Assembly (NCBI GenBank): GCA_020724955.1
Contig: DYFY01000005.1
Location: 452-64,451 of the forward strand
Reading direction: 5' to 3'
Source of the DNA: Candidatus Parvarchaeum sp.
GTDB taxonomy: Archaea; Nanobdellota; Nanobdellia; Pacearchaeales; GW2011-AR1
DNA: 64,000 nt
Within the stretch, counting starts at the first letter, position 1, and every line of letters begins with the position of its first letter. Positions 25,109 to 34,686 of the stretch are shown here, one piece after another. The notes beneath the pieces were generated by a model, which saw nothing but the letters and a program-made list of their open reading frames with translations, was not told the DNA's origin and searched no databases. The position numbers and the translations under genes were made by a program.

Positions 25109-28100
25109 ATGTGGAGCAGTACTTTAGCAGAATACAGGAAGAAGTGGATAGGTATTATGGTGTTGCCAAAGAAGCAAGACAGAGAGGAATAGACCCTGTG
25201 AGCGATGTTGAAGTTCCGCAAGCTGCGTCACTTGCTGAAAAGGTTGTTGGACTTATCAGTGCAGTTTATCCGCAGATAGGAGCTGACAAAAGGGTTGTGA
25301 AGAGAATATTGGAGCTCGAGGAAAAGTATGGAAGCTTGGATCCCGCGGTTGCATTAACCATTGCTGAAGAAATTGCCAGAGAGAAACATTGCAAGCTTAA
25401 GAGTCATCATGAAGCGATAGAAGCCGGAATAAGAGTGGCTGTCGCATATCTGACTTTAGGAGTTGTTTCCAGCCCTATAGAAGGATTTGTAGAGCTGAAA
25501 ATATTCAAGACAAGAAATGGAGAGGACTATTTTGCTCCTTTTTATTCCGGACCAATAAGGTCTGCCGGCGGAACAGAGGCAGCATTTTCTCTTGTTGTTG
25601 CAGACCACCTGCGTGAAATTTTTGGCTATGCCAAATATGATCCGACAGAAGAAGAGATAAAAAGAGGAATACATGAATGTTATGAATATCATGAGAGAGT
25701 AACTAATCTACAATATCTTCCAACTGAAAAGGAAATTGATTTTCTCATGAGACATCTTCCTGTACAAATTTCAGGTGATCCAAGCGAGGATAAAGAAGTG
25801 TATAATTTCAAGGACTTAGAAAGAGTTGAGACTAATTTTATAAGAAGCGGGTTTGCGCTTGTGATTGGGGAAGGAATTGCGCAAAAAGCCCCGAAGATTT
25901 TGAAAAGAATTTTAAAATTAAGGGAAAGAGGCTTCAGGCTTTCTGGATGGGATTGGATGGAGGAGTTTGTTAAAATGCAGAATGATATAAAAGAAAGCAA
26001 AAACATAGGTGCAGAAGCCACTGCGGTTTATATCAAGGATCTTGTCGCCGGCAGGCCTGTTTTTGCACATCCGAGTTTTTCCGGAGGATTTCGGCTTAGA
26101 TATGGCAGAAGCAGAAACAACGGCTATTCGACTTTGTCTTTACATCCAGCTACTATGGCATTGACTGGAAATTTTATAGCAGTAGGAACCCAACTCAAAA
26201 TAGAGAAACCAACCAAAGGATGCACTATTTCTCCATGCGACAGCATTGATGGCCCGATTGTAAAGTTTAAAAACGGGAGCGTCAAAAAAATTTCAGATTT
26301 TAGGATTGCTGAAAAGGTTTTTGAGGAAATATCTGAAATAATTTATCTTGGAGATATTCTGGTTCCATACGGCGATTTCGCGAACAGAAATCATGTCCTG
26401 AATAAACCAGGATATGTTGAGAGGTACTGGTTTCAGGAAGCAAAAGAAAAAGGAATTGAGTGTGAATTGAATCCTGAATTTGAGAAGGCCAAGGAGATAT
26501 CTGAAAAAGAAGGAATGCCCTTACATCCTGATTATATTTTTTATTGGACACAAATAAACAGAGAGCAGTTTCTGGCGCTGATAGACTGGATAGCGCATGG
26601 ACAAATAAGGGAAGGCAAACTTGTTTTGCCATACGGCTCAAGCGACAGAGAAAGATTTTCAAGAGGAAAAAGGGCGATGGAGCTTATAGGATGTGAACAT
26701 GAAGTAAGCTTGGAAAATGTTGTCTTGAGCCAAAAAGAAACAAAAAGCATATTGTTTAATTTAGGGGCAAACTATGATGGCAATTTTGAGGAAGAAATAG
26801 ATTCTCTTCTTAAAAAAATACCCGAGGAGGAAAATGTATTAAAAGCTGTTAATTTTTTGTGTGAGGCAATTATTCGGGATAAGGCAGGCACTTTCATCGG
26901 TGCGAGAATGGGGAGGCCAGAGAAAGCCAAACTTCGTAAATTAACCGGAAGCCCGCATGTTTTGTTTCCTGTTGGCGTCGAAGGGGGAAGGCTTAGGAGC
27001 ATACAGGCAGCAATTGAAGCAGGAAGTGTCCAAGCTGATTTCCCTGTTTATTTCTGTAAAAAGTGCAGGATACACACTATTTATCCTGGCTGTGAGCTAT
27101 GCGGAGAGAGGTGCAAAAAGCTTTTTTATTCGGTTAAAAATGACAAATATGTTGATGAAATAAACAAAGAGGATAAAATCCTTGAATTTCACAACAGGAG
27201 AATAGATATAAAATATTATTTTGACAACGCCAAAAGAAAGCTGGGAATTAGGATTGAGGAGCTTCCTGTTGCAGTAAAAGGAGTCAGAGGAACATCTAGC
27301 TTTGATCATAGTTGTGAGAATCTGGGCAAGGGGCTTTTAAGAGCAAAATACGATTTACATGTAAACAAAGATGGAACTATCAGATATGACATGTCTGAAA
27401 TGCCTTTGACACATTTCAAACCTTCTGAAATAGGAACAAGCGTTGAAAAGCTTAAAGAGCTGGGATATGAAAAGGATGTGGATGGAAATCCTTTGGAAAG
27501 TGAAAATCAGATTTTAGAAATATTTCCCCATGATGTTGTTATGCCCTCGTGCCCGGAAACCTTGGATGAAAGGGCAGATGAGGTTTTTTTTAATATCTCC
27601 AATTTTGTAGATGATGAGCTTGAGAAGCTGTATGGGATGAAGAGGTTCTTTAATTTGAAAGACAGGAAAGAGCTTGTAGGAACATATCTCGGATGCATAG
27701 CTCCGCATAATTGTGCAGCAGTTGTTGGGAGAATTATAGGATTTTCAAAAGTCCAAGCCATGCTTGCTTCACCTTATATACATGCTGCGATGAGACGGGA
27801 CTGCGATGGGGACGAGGCAGCAGTTATGTCTTTAATGGATTTGCTGCTTAATTTTTCCAAGAAGTTCCTGCCATCTCATCGGGGCGGGACACAAGATGCT
27901 CCACTTGTGCTGAATACTCATCTTAGGGCGGGAGAAGTTGACGATATGATTTTTGATCTTGATGTCTCCAAGGAAATTCCTCTTGAACTTTACAGAGCTG
28001 CTGAGGAAGAGAAAAGCCCTTACGCTGTGAAAATGGAGCAGGTGAGAGGAAGGCTTGGGGGAAAAAATGAATTTGATAACCTGCATTATTCTTATGAAGT

Positions 28101-28548
28101 CAGCGATATAAATTCCGCTCCTTTATGCTCTTCTTACAAATCTCTTCCTACGATGCAGGAGAAAGTTGATAAAATGATGGCTTTATGCAAGAAAATCAGA
28201 GCTGTTGATGTTTCTGACGTTGCAAGGCTCACTATAGAAAGGCATTTTATAAGAGATATCAGAGGAAATCTGAGAAAATTCTCAATGCAGGTTTTTAGAT
28301 GCGTTAATTGCAATGAGAAATTCAGAAGGCCTCCGTTAGTCGGGAAATGCACTGCTTGCGGAGGAAGAATAATCTTTACAATTTCCGAAGGAAGCATAAT
28401 CAAATATCTTTCTTCTGCACTTGACTTGGCTAGGAAATACGGCGTAAGCCCGTATCTGCTGGAGTGTTTGGAGCTTGTTGAAAAAGATATAGAAGGGATA
28501 TTTGGAAAAGAGAAGGAAAGGCAGGAAGCTTTGGGGAAGTGGTTTTGA
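25105..28548 (+). CDS. polC: DNA polymerase D (Pol II) large subunit DP2
   Basis: 1147 aa. Conserved DP2 blocks (GRPVFAHPS, RMGRPEKA, MRRDCDGDE) and Cys clusters CKKC...CELCG and CVNC...CTACGG. No intein-sized insertion. Confidence 0.92.
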   Translation: MNVEQYFSRIQEEVDRYYGVAKEARQRGIDPVSDVEVPQAASLAEKVVGLISAVYPQIGADKRVVKRILELEEKYGSLDPAVALTIAEEIAREKHCKLKSHHEAIEAGIRVAVAYLTLGVVSSPIEGFVELKIFKTRNGEDYFAPFYSGPIRSAGGTEAAFSLVVADHLREIFGYAKYDPTEEEIKRGIHECYEYHERVTNLQYLPTEKEIDFLMRHLPVQISGDPSEDKEVYNFKDLERVETNFIRSGFALVIGEGIAQKAPKILKRILKLRERGFRLSGWDWMEEFVKMQNDIKESKNIGAEATAVYIKDLVAGRPVFAHPSFSGGFRLRYGRSRNNGYSTLSLHPATMALTGNFIAVGTQLKIEKPTKGCTISPCDSIDGPIVKFKNGSVKKISDFRIAEKVFEEISEIIYLGDILVPYGDFANRNHVLNKPGYVERYWFQEAKEKGIECELNPEFEKAKEISEKEGMPLHPDYIFYWTQINREQFLALIDWIAHGQIREGKLVLPYGSSDRERFSRGKRAMELIGCEHEVSLENVVLSQKETKSILFNLGANYDGNFEEEIDSLLKKIPEEENVLKAVNFLCEAIIRDKAGTFIGARMGRPEKAKLRKLTGSPHVLFPVGVEGGRLRSIQAAIEAGSVQADFPVYFCKKCRIHTIYPGCELCGERCKKLFYSVKNDKYVDEINKEDKILEFHNRRIDIKYYFDNAKRKLGIRIEELPVAVKGVRGTSSFDHSCENLGKGLLRAKYDLHVNKDGTIRYDMSEMPLTHFKPSEIGTSVEKLKELGYEKDVDGNPLESENQILEIFPHDVVMPSCPETLDERADEVFFNISNFVDDELEKLYGMKRFFNLKDRKELVGTYLGCIAPHNCAAVVGRIIGFSKVQAMLASPYIHAAMRRDCDGDEAAVMSLMDLLLNFSKKFLPSHRGGTQDAPLVLNTHLRAGEVDDMIFDLDVSKEIPLELYRAAEEEKSPYAVKMEQVRGRLGGKNEFDNLHYSYEVSDINSAPLCSSYKSLPTMQEKVDKMMALCKKIRAVDVSDVARLTIERHFIRDIRGNLRKFSMQVFRCVNCNEKFRRPPLVGKCTACGGRIIFTISEGSIIKYLSSALDLARKYGVSPYLLECLELVEKDIEGIFGKEKERQEALGKWF

Positions 28549-28611
28549 CGGGTTTGGAGAGCTTTTGGGTATACAGAAAGCTATTTAAACCTAAGTAAAT
28601 AGCATTTTACT

Positions 28612-29160
28612 ATGGTAAACATATATAAACAAGATTTAACGATCTTGCAACAAGAGATATTGAGATTATTGTTTGTCAAGGCAGGGATGTCTTTGAATCA
28701 GAGAGGAATTGCAAGGGCGCTTGAAGTGACTTCACCTGCAGTCATGAAGGCTCTTCCTAAGCTTGAAAAAGAAGGATTAGTTAGTGTAAAACAAGATAAA
28801 GAATCTAAGAGGTGGTCTATTGAGCTGAATAGAGATAATCATAAAGTTATACAGCTAAAGCGAGTGGATAATTTAAGGCAAGTGTACAGCTCTGGGCTGG
28901 CCGATTTTTTAGAAAAGGAATTTGCAGGGGCTACGATTATCCTTTTTGGAAGTTATTCAAAGGGCGAAGATACAACATCTTCTGATATAGACATTGCTGT
29001 AATTGGAAGAAAGAAAAAGAAAGTTGAACTCACTCATTATGATAAGATTCTTGAAAGAACAATCTTCATCAACTTCTATCCTTCTTTCACAGAGATTCAT
29101 AAACATTTAAGAGAAAATCTATTCAATGGAATTGTGCTCGCAGGGAGTGTTGAAATATGA
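28612..29160 (+). CDS. wHTH-fused minimal nucleotidyltransferase (MNT antitoxin-like)
   Basis: N-terminal MarR-like wHTH. NTase motif LFGSYSKGEDTTSSDIDIAV. Confidence 0.75.
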   Translation: MVNIYKQDLTILQQEILRLLFVKAGMSLNQRGIARALEVTSPAVMKALPKLEKEGLVSVKQDKESKRWSIELNRDNHKVIQLKRVDNLRQVYSSGLADFLEKEFAGATIILFGSYSKGEDTTSSDIDIAVIGRKKKKVELTHYDKILERTIFINFYPSFTEIHKHLRENLFNGIVLAGSVEI

Positions 29161-29639
29161 AAGGGTTAAAACAATTTGATGAATTTATACGAATAGGGAT
29201 TGTTAAAAAACAATCTCCTGATAAATCGAGATCTAAATTCTTGATTATGGAAGCTGAACAGGGTTATGCCTATTTATTGAAGCTGATAAAAACTATGGGT
29301 GTTGAAAACCAAAACGCAAACGATTATGTCAAAAATTGTTATGATATTTTAATGGGGCTGACAAGAGCAAAGATGTTACTTGAAGGGTTAAATGCTTCTG
29401 GCTTTAAGGCACACGAAGCGGAAGTTTCTTATTGGAGAAACCTGCAGTTTAAAGAGCAAGATATTCAGTTCTTAGATCAGATGAGATTTTTCAGAAACGG
29501 GATGATTTATTATGGGACTATTTTGGATAAAGAATACGCTGAAAAAGTGATTGAATTCACAAAAAAGAATTATCAAAAATTAAAGGATATTTTAGATAAA
29601 TTGATTAATGGAGGGGAAAAGAAGACAAATGACAAATAA
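29157..29639 (+). CDS. HEPN-domain protein (partner of the MNT)
   Basis: 4-bp overlap with the MNT gene. All-helical. The motif position reads RNGMIY (Rx4Y). Confidence 0.65.
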   Translation: MKGLKQFDEFIRIGIVKKQSPDKSRSKFLIMEAEQGYAYLLKLIKTMGVENQNANDYVKNCYDILMGLTRAKMLLEGLNASGFKAHEAEVSYWRNLQFKEQDIQFLDQMRFFRNGMIYYGTILDKEYAEKVIEFTKKNYQKLKDILDKLINGGEKKTNDK

Positions 29640-29669
29640 AAATAACGTGGCTAATTTTGGTTTTGAACT

Positions 29670-30872
29670 TCAAACCAGAAACAAATAGAATATAATTGTC
29701 GGGACAAGCAGACAACCCATTAAGTTAATTCTTCGCACACCAGATTTTATTGTAAAAATACCTAAGGCAGTTCCTGTCAGAAGAACCAACAATCCAAGCA
29801 AATTAGAGAAAATCAGGTTTATCATTATCAGCAGAATTATCACAGCTGTTGAAATTTTTGCATAGCTTATTTTGTTTATGTTTTTTGAGAATATTTTTGA
29901 TATTTTTATTCCCAACAATGCAGAAATTAATCCGGCAAGAATTGTTGCAATCAGAATGGCTGTAAGATTTTGAATTGAAACTTCTTTTAATATCTCTTTT
30001 ATTGCCACTGCGGCTCCTGTTCTTGTCCTATCTATGACAAAGAGAGTTACAAAACTTAAACCCATGACAATTGTGTTAATTGCTCCAAGAAGAAACATGA
30101 ATCCCCGCGTCGACTGCGGGATAATTTCAGAACCTATTACAGCCGCGTGCCCGGAGCCTATTCCAGGAAGGAAGGAGCACAGAGGTGCAGAGATAATTGA
30201 GCTGATTGTTGATTTGAAGAATTCTTTTTTATTGATTTTTATTTGTTTCAAGGGAGTAGCTGTTTGCTCAGGGATTTTTGTCTTTTCTTTTAAGCTTATT
30301 ATTAGTGCAGATGTTCCAAACAAGCCTGTGAGGAGAGGAAGAAGAGGCTGCTTTACAGGAAGATTCAGAGATGCAAAACCTAAAAATCCTGCGAGCACGA
30401 AAACAACCAATGATGTAATAATATACTTTTCTCTTAAGATTAAGTATGCCGAGATGAATATCAGAATAAATGGAAGGATAATTTGAAGGCGAGCGTAAAA
30501 TGCAGGTATTATAAATATGAAAATTGGGGTGAAAATCAGGATTATTGCGAGCGCGGCCAGGGAGCCGTAAATTGTGAGGACGACTGCCTCGTGTGCTTTG
30601 CCTTCTTTAAGCATTTCATGTCCTGGAAGAATTGAGAGAAAGGTGTCTTCCTCAGGGGCTCCGAGGAATACAGAAGGTATGAAATCAAGAAATGTGTGCG
30701 AGATTGCCATTGAGACTATAAAGACAGCTGGAATGATTGGGTTAAATTTTTCAAACAAAAAAAGGTTGGAAACAAGAATGACAGAAATCAAGTTTATATG
30801 CACTCCTGGAATTAAGCCAGTAAATGTGCCTGCCAAAATTCCAAGCAACAGGGCAAGGGATTCAGCAATCAT
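29670..30872 (-). CDS. TctA/DUF112-like polytopic membrane transporter
   Basis: 400 aa with about 10-12 TM helices. GLIPGVH and LPGIGSGHAAV motifs. Confidence 0.55.
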   Translation of the reverse strand: MIAESLALLLGILAGTFTGLIPGVHINLISVILVSNLFLFEKFNPIIPAVFIVSMAISHTFLDFIPSVFLGAPEEDTFLSILPGHEMLKEGKAHEAVVLTIYGSLAALAIILIFTPIFIFIIPAFYARLQIILPFILIFISAYLILREKYIITSLVVFVLAGFLGFASLNLPVKQPLLPLLTGLFGTSALIISLKEKTKIPEQTATPLKQIKINKKEFFKSTISSIISAPLCSFLPGIGSGHAAVIGSEIIPQSTRGFMFLLGAINTIVMGLSFVTLFVIDRTRTGAAVAIKEILKEVSIQNLTAILIATILAGLISALLGIKISKIFSKNINKISYAKISTAVIILLIMINLIFSNLLGLLVLLTGTALGIFTIKSGVRRINLMGCLLVPTIIFYLFLV

Positions 30873-30963
30873 CGGGATTTGATTTTGCCGTCGGTTAAAA
30901 AGATATTTGCGACGGAAAAGTTATTTGGATTTATATGTAATCAGGAGGTTGGTTTAGCATACG

Positions 30964-31117
30964 TGTAAAGTAAACTTTTCAATTCAACATGGTATACAAA
31001 AGAGATTTCCAATCATTTCTTGAATTCTATATTAAAATTAAGATAATTATCATTTATGCGAACTTTACTTTATGCAAATTATACGGGAGTGTTAAGTTAT
31101 AAACTGGACTTAACAAT
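30964..31117. repeat. Copy B of the ~154-bp dispersed repeat
   Basis: See 196..349. Confidence 0.85.
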
Positions 31118-31155
31118 ACGTGAAACTTTATAAATTAGAAAGGATTTAATAGTTA

Positions 31156-32898
31156 ATGCAAAAGAGGGTTGTTGCGCTATTTTTGGTTGTTCTTGGAATG
31201 TTTGCTGTTTTGGCCGTTGCTCAGGAAATTCCCTTGGAGCCAGAGCAGGGACAAGGCGAGCCAGAGCAGAATGAGATAGAGAGTGGAGAAACTGGAGCAG
31301 AAGTATCTGAGAGTTTAGAAATTGATGGAGCGGAAACTTCTTCGGATGAGCTTTCTGAAGGGAATGATTTTAGCGATGCCGATATAGAAACTGGAGCTGG
31401 AATAACTCCTGACAGCGCCTTTTATTTTGTTGATGAATTCTTTGATGGGTTTGGAGATGATTTGGAAAATAGAGAAGAAAAAGTTGCTGAAATAAAAGCG
31501 ATGATTGAAAAAGGGGATTTGGATTCTGCAAGAAAGGCTTTGGAGAGGTATAAAAGGCATGCTGAAAATGCCGAGAGAGAAATAAGTCCTGAAGAGGAAG
31601 AAAAAGCAAAAAGGAGTGCTGAAGCCATACGAAGAACTATACAGGAAATTGAAGGAGATATTCCCGAAAACGAGAGAGAAAATTTTGTAAATGATGTTTT
31701 GGAGAGAGAAGAAGGAATAGTTACTGCCGGAGAGATTGCTTCTAAAATAAATGAATTATGCGGATTGCTTGCCAGGCAAGACCCAAGGCTTTATGCTGAA
31801 ACCTGTAAAATAAATGATGATTCACCTGATTGGCTTGTAGAGAGGCACAAAGAGTGGACTGAAGAGCAGGAAAGAGAGGCAAGGTTATTTTTTGATAAAC
31901 TCGGAGAATGTATGAGGACAGAAGGAAGAGAGTGTGACTGCGGAGGCATTCCTCATAAGGGATTTTCTGAAATGTGTTTTGTCGTAGCGCCTCTTGCCGA
32001 AGCGTGTAGTGAAGGGGACGAAAGCGCATGTGATGAAATGGATGAAGAAACCGAGAACATGTTTGAAATATTACAAGACGCACCACATTTGCAGGAAGTT
32101 TTGAAGAGACTTGAAAGTTTTGAAGAGGACAGGTTTGAACATCATATTCCTAGGCTGTGCAGGGAAGCCGGAATAACCGGCCAGGAAAGGGATGACAGAA
32201 GGAAATGTATGGCTATTATGATTGAGGAAGAAGCTCCTGAAGAATGCAGAGAGGCTTTAAGAGAGGCTGTTGAAAGGGGAGTGACTGACGAAAGGCAATT
32301 CAGAGAAATTTGTGAAGAAATAATGTTCAGAGAATATGCTCCTGAAGAATGCATTGAAGCAGGCATAAGGGATCACGAGGAATGCAGTAAGCTGATGTTC
32401 AGGACGCATGCTCCTGAAGAATGCATTGAAGCAGGATTAACAGGAGAGTCTAGGAGTGACGAGAAAAAATGCAGAGAGATAATGGAAAGATTTGAAAGGA
32501 CAGACAGGAGCGGGCCTAATAGAGGGCCTGGAGAAGGAATTAATTTTGACTGCGCCAGAATAGATGAGGCAGATAAGAGGCTTGAGTGTTATGATAATGT
32601 TGCGAGGGGATTCATGGAAGAATTTGAGGAAAGAGAAAAAGAATTTGAGGAGAGGAAAAGCGAAATAGAAGAAGACAGGGAAAAAGAATTTGAGGAAAAT
32701 GAGGTGAGTTCAGGGGAGCAGAGTTTTGGTGAAGAAAGTGGAAACGCAGAAAATGAGAACAGTGTAGAGGAGTTCTCTCCTGAATCAAACAGCGGTTTTT
32801 CTGAAAACTCAGGGACTGGCGGAGGCAACGGAGGAAGCGGAATTACTGGAGGATTTATATTTGTAGACAACAAGTTTTTCAATTATTATTTCCGGTAA
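31156..32898 (+). CDS. Secreted, extremely acidic, Cys-containing repeat protein (N-terminal DUF5667-like by recollection)
   Basis: Signal peptide. PDSAFYFVDEFFDG segment. Tandem APEEC(I/R)EA modules. Gly-rich tail ending in FIFVDNKFFNYYFR. Confidence 0.65.
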   Translation: MQKRVVALFLVVLGMFAVLAVAQEIPLEPEQGQGEPEQNEIESGETGAEVSESLEIDGAETSSDELSEGNDFSDADIETGAGITPDSAFYFVDEFFDGFGDDLENREEKVAEIKAMIEKGDLDSARKALERYKRHAENAEREISPEEEEKAKRSAEAIRRTIQEIEGDIPENERENFVNDVLEREEGIVTAGEIASKINELCGLLARQDPRLYAETCKINDDSPDWLVERHKEWTEEQEREARLFFDKLGECMRTEGRECDCGGIPHKGFSEMCFVVAPLAEACSEGDESACDEMDEETENMFEILQDAPHLQEVLKRLESFEEDRFEHHIPRLCREAGITGQERDDRRKCMAIMIEEEAPEECREALREAVERGVTDERQFREICEEIMFREYAPEECIEAGIRDHEECSKLMFRTHAPEECIEAGLTGESRSDEKKCREIMERFERTDRSGPNRGPGEGINFDCARIDEADKRLECYDNVARGFMEEFEEREKEFEERKSEIEEDREKEFEENEVSSGEQSFGEESGNAENENSVEEFSPESNSGFSENSGTGGGNGGSGITGGFIFVDNKFFNYYFR

Positions 32899-33436
32899 GT
32901 TGATAGGAACTTATTAATTCATAAACAGGGCCGAGAGAAGAGAGTGATGAGGATTTCAGATTAAACCTGTCAACTGAAAACCTGATTCTTTTAGGGCTTA
33001 TTTTACTCACATAATTCTTAAATGAAATTTTGTCAGCCACATATTTCACTCTTGCTATTGTCACATGAGACATAAAGCGCTTTTCTTTTGGAAAAAGCGA
33101 AGTGAGTGCAGAATCTATTTTTTCCTGCAGGCTGAACACATTTTCGGATAACTTCACCCAGACTATTCTTGGCTTTTTTTTGAAGGAGAATATTCCGCAG
33201 CATGAAAGGCGAAGCTCAAGCGAGGGATGCTTGATTTTTTCCAGAGAAGATTTTACAAACTCTAACTTTTCTTTATCTATTTCTCCGAGGAATTTCAAGG
33301 TGAGATGAAGGTTTTCAGGCTCAGTAAGTTTTCCTGTAAAATGCTTTTTTGACACGAGAGACTGAATGCGTGTTATTTCTTTGACTATGTTGTTTGGAAA
33401 ATCTATACAAATAAAAGCCCTGATTTTTGAGCCCAT
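32879..33436 (-). CDS. 2'-5' RNA ligase / 2H phosphoesterase (LigT/ThpR)
   Basis: Two HxTx motifs: HLTLKFLG and HVTIARV. Confidence 0.8.
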   Translation of the reverse strand: MGSKIRAFICIDFPNNIVKEITRIQSLVSKKHFTGKLTEPENLHLTLKFLGEIDKEKLEFVKSSLEKIKHPSLELRLSCCGIFSFKKKPRIVWVKLSENVFSLQEKIDSALTSLFPKEKRFMSHVTIARVKYVADKISFKNYVSKISPKRIRFSVDRFNLKSSSLSSLGPVYELISSYQLTGNNN

Positions 33437-33439
33437 TTT

Positions 33440-34636
33440 TTATTTAGGAACAATTGCAGCTGTTGAGTAATTTTTGATTAGGCTTTTTGCAAGGGACTTG
33501 ACCTGTTTGAGGGAGACGCTTCTGATTTTTTTCTCATGCCTATAATAATCTTCCGCCTTTCCTGTAAATTCCGCATAGAGCAGTTCGGTCATTACATTAC
33601 TGCTTTCCTCTGAGGTTATTCTTCTCAATCCTATGAGGCGTTCTTTTGCTTCCTTAAGGTCTTTGGAGGACATTTTTTTTATATCTTCAAATCCTTTTAG
33701 TATGAGGGCTTTTACTTTACTGACAGCTTCTTTTCTTGTTCCAACGTAAATAGTATAATACGAATATGTTTTTTCTGTATTTATGTTGCTTGAAACGTTG
33801 TAAGCAAGTCCGTGCCTTTCCCTAATTTCCAGGAAGAGCTGTGATGACATTCCGTTGGCAAGATATGCATCGAGAACTTCCAGAACATAGCGCCTTTCGT
33901 CATCGGCCATCGGTGCATGAACCGCGAAGACGAAATGGGCTTGGTCTATTCCAGGCCTGGTTTCAGTTGTATGGGAATTTTTTTTCTTTGGAGCCAGAGG
34001 GGAATATTTTTTGTTTTTCGGGGTGAATTTCTTTTCTAAATAATCACATATCGCTTCAAAATCAGCCATGCCGACTATAGACACAATGTAGTTTTCCGGA
34101 GAATAATGCTTGTCGAAGTAATCCATGACGAAATCTCTCTGTATATTTTTGAGAGTTTTTTCAGAGCCGGATATTCCTTCTCCAAATGGATTTTCGTAAA
34201 GATTTGAGACTATTTTGTCGTAAATATTTCTTTGAGGCATGTCATGATACATTTTTATTTCTTCAAGCACAACCTTTTTCTCTTTTTCAAATTTTTTTTC
34301 CGGGAAGACAGAGAAGTTGAGCATATCTGCAAGTATATCCAGCCCGGTGAAAATATGCTCGCTTGGAAGCTTAAACCAATAAGCAGTTAAATCCTGCGCA
34401 GTGAATGCGTTGAGAATACCTCCCTTTTTTTCTATTTCTCCTGAAATATCCTCGTGAGTTCTTGTTTTAGTTCCTGTGAAAAGCAGATGCTCTATGAAAT
34501 GAGCTATTCCCTTGACTTTTGATGTTTCATGCGATGCTCCGAATTTATTCGCTATGGCTAACGAGACCACTGGCAAATCGCGAGATTCGTGCAAAATCGT
34601 GATTCCGTTGGACAATACTCTTTTTTTAAACTTCAT
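33440..34636 (-). CDS. M16-family (pitrilysin-like) zinc peptidase
   Basis: Inverted zinc motif HFIEHLLF. Confidence 0.85.
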   Translation of the reverse strand: MKFKKRVLSNGITILHESRDLPVVSLAIANKFGASHETSKVKGIAHFIEHLLFTGTKTRTHEDISGEIEKKGGILNAFTAQDLTAYWFKLPSEHIFTGLDILADMLNFSVFPEKKFEKEKKVVLEEIKMYHDMPQRNIYDKIVSNLYENPFGEGISGSEKTLKNIQRDFVMDYFDKHYSPENYIVSIVGMADFEAICDYLEKKFTPKNKKYSPLAPKKKNSHTTETRPGIDQAHFVFAVHAPMADDERRYVLEVLDAYLANGMSSQLFLEIRERHGLAYNVSSNINTEKTYSYYTIYVGTRKEAVSKVKALILKGFEDIKKMSSKDLKEAKERLIGLRRITSEESSNVMTELLYAEFTGKAEDYYRHEKKIRSVSLKQVKSLAKSLIKNYSTAAIVPK

Positions 34637-34686
34637 AGATGACTTTGGAGCGTGAAATTAATAAAGGTTGTTATTTTTGTTCAATC

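Noticed and set aside
25456-28403. Numerous 60-120-aa minus-strand ORFs inside the PolD large-subunit gene, and a possible intein
   Set aside because: All are antisense shadows. The DP2 length (1147 aa) and continuous conserved blocks give no sign of an intein insertion.
196-31117. A 30.8-kb segment bounded by the 154-bp direct repeats, considered as a possible integrated mobile element
   Set aside because: No integrase, transposase or tRNA target is present. The interval contains core single-copy replication genes (orc1, PolD, the origin) and housekeeping genes. The repeats are better explained as a dispersed small element.
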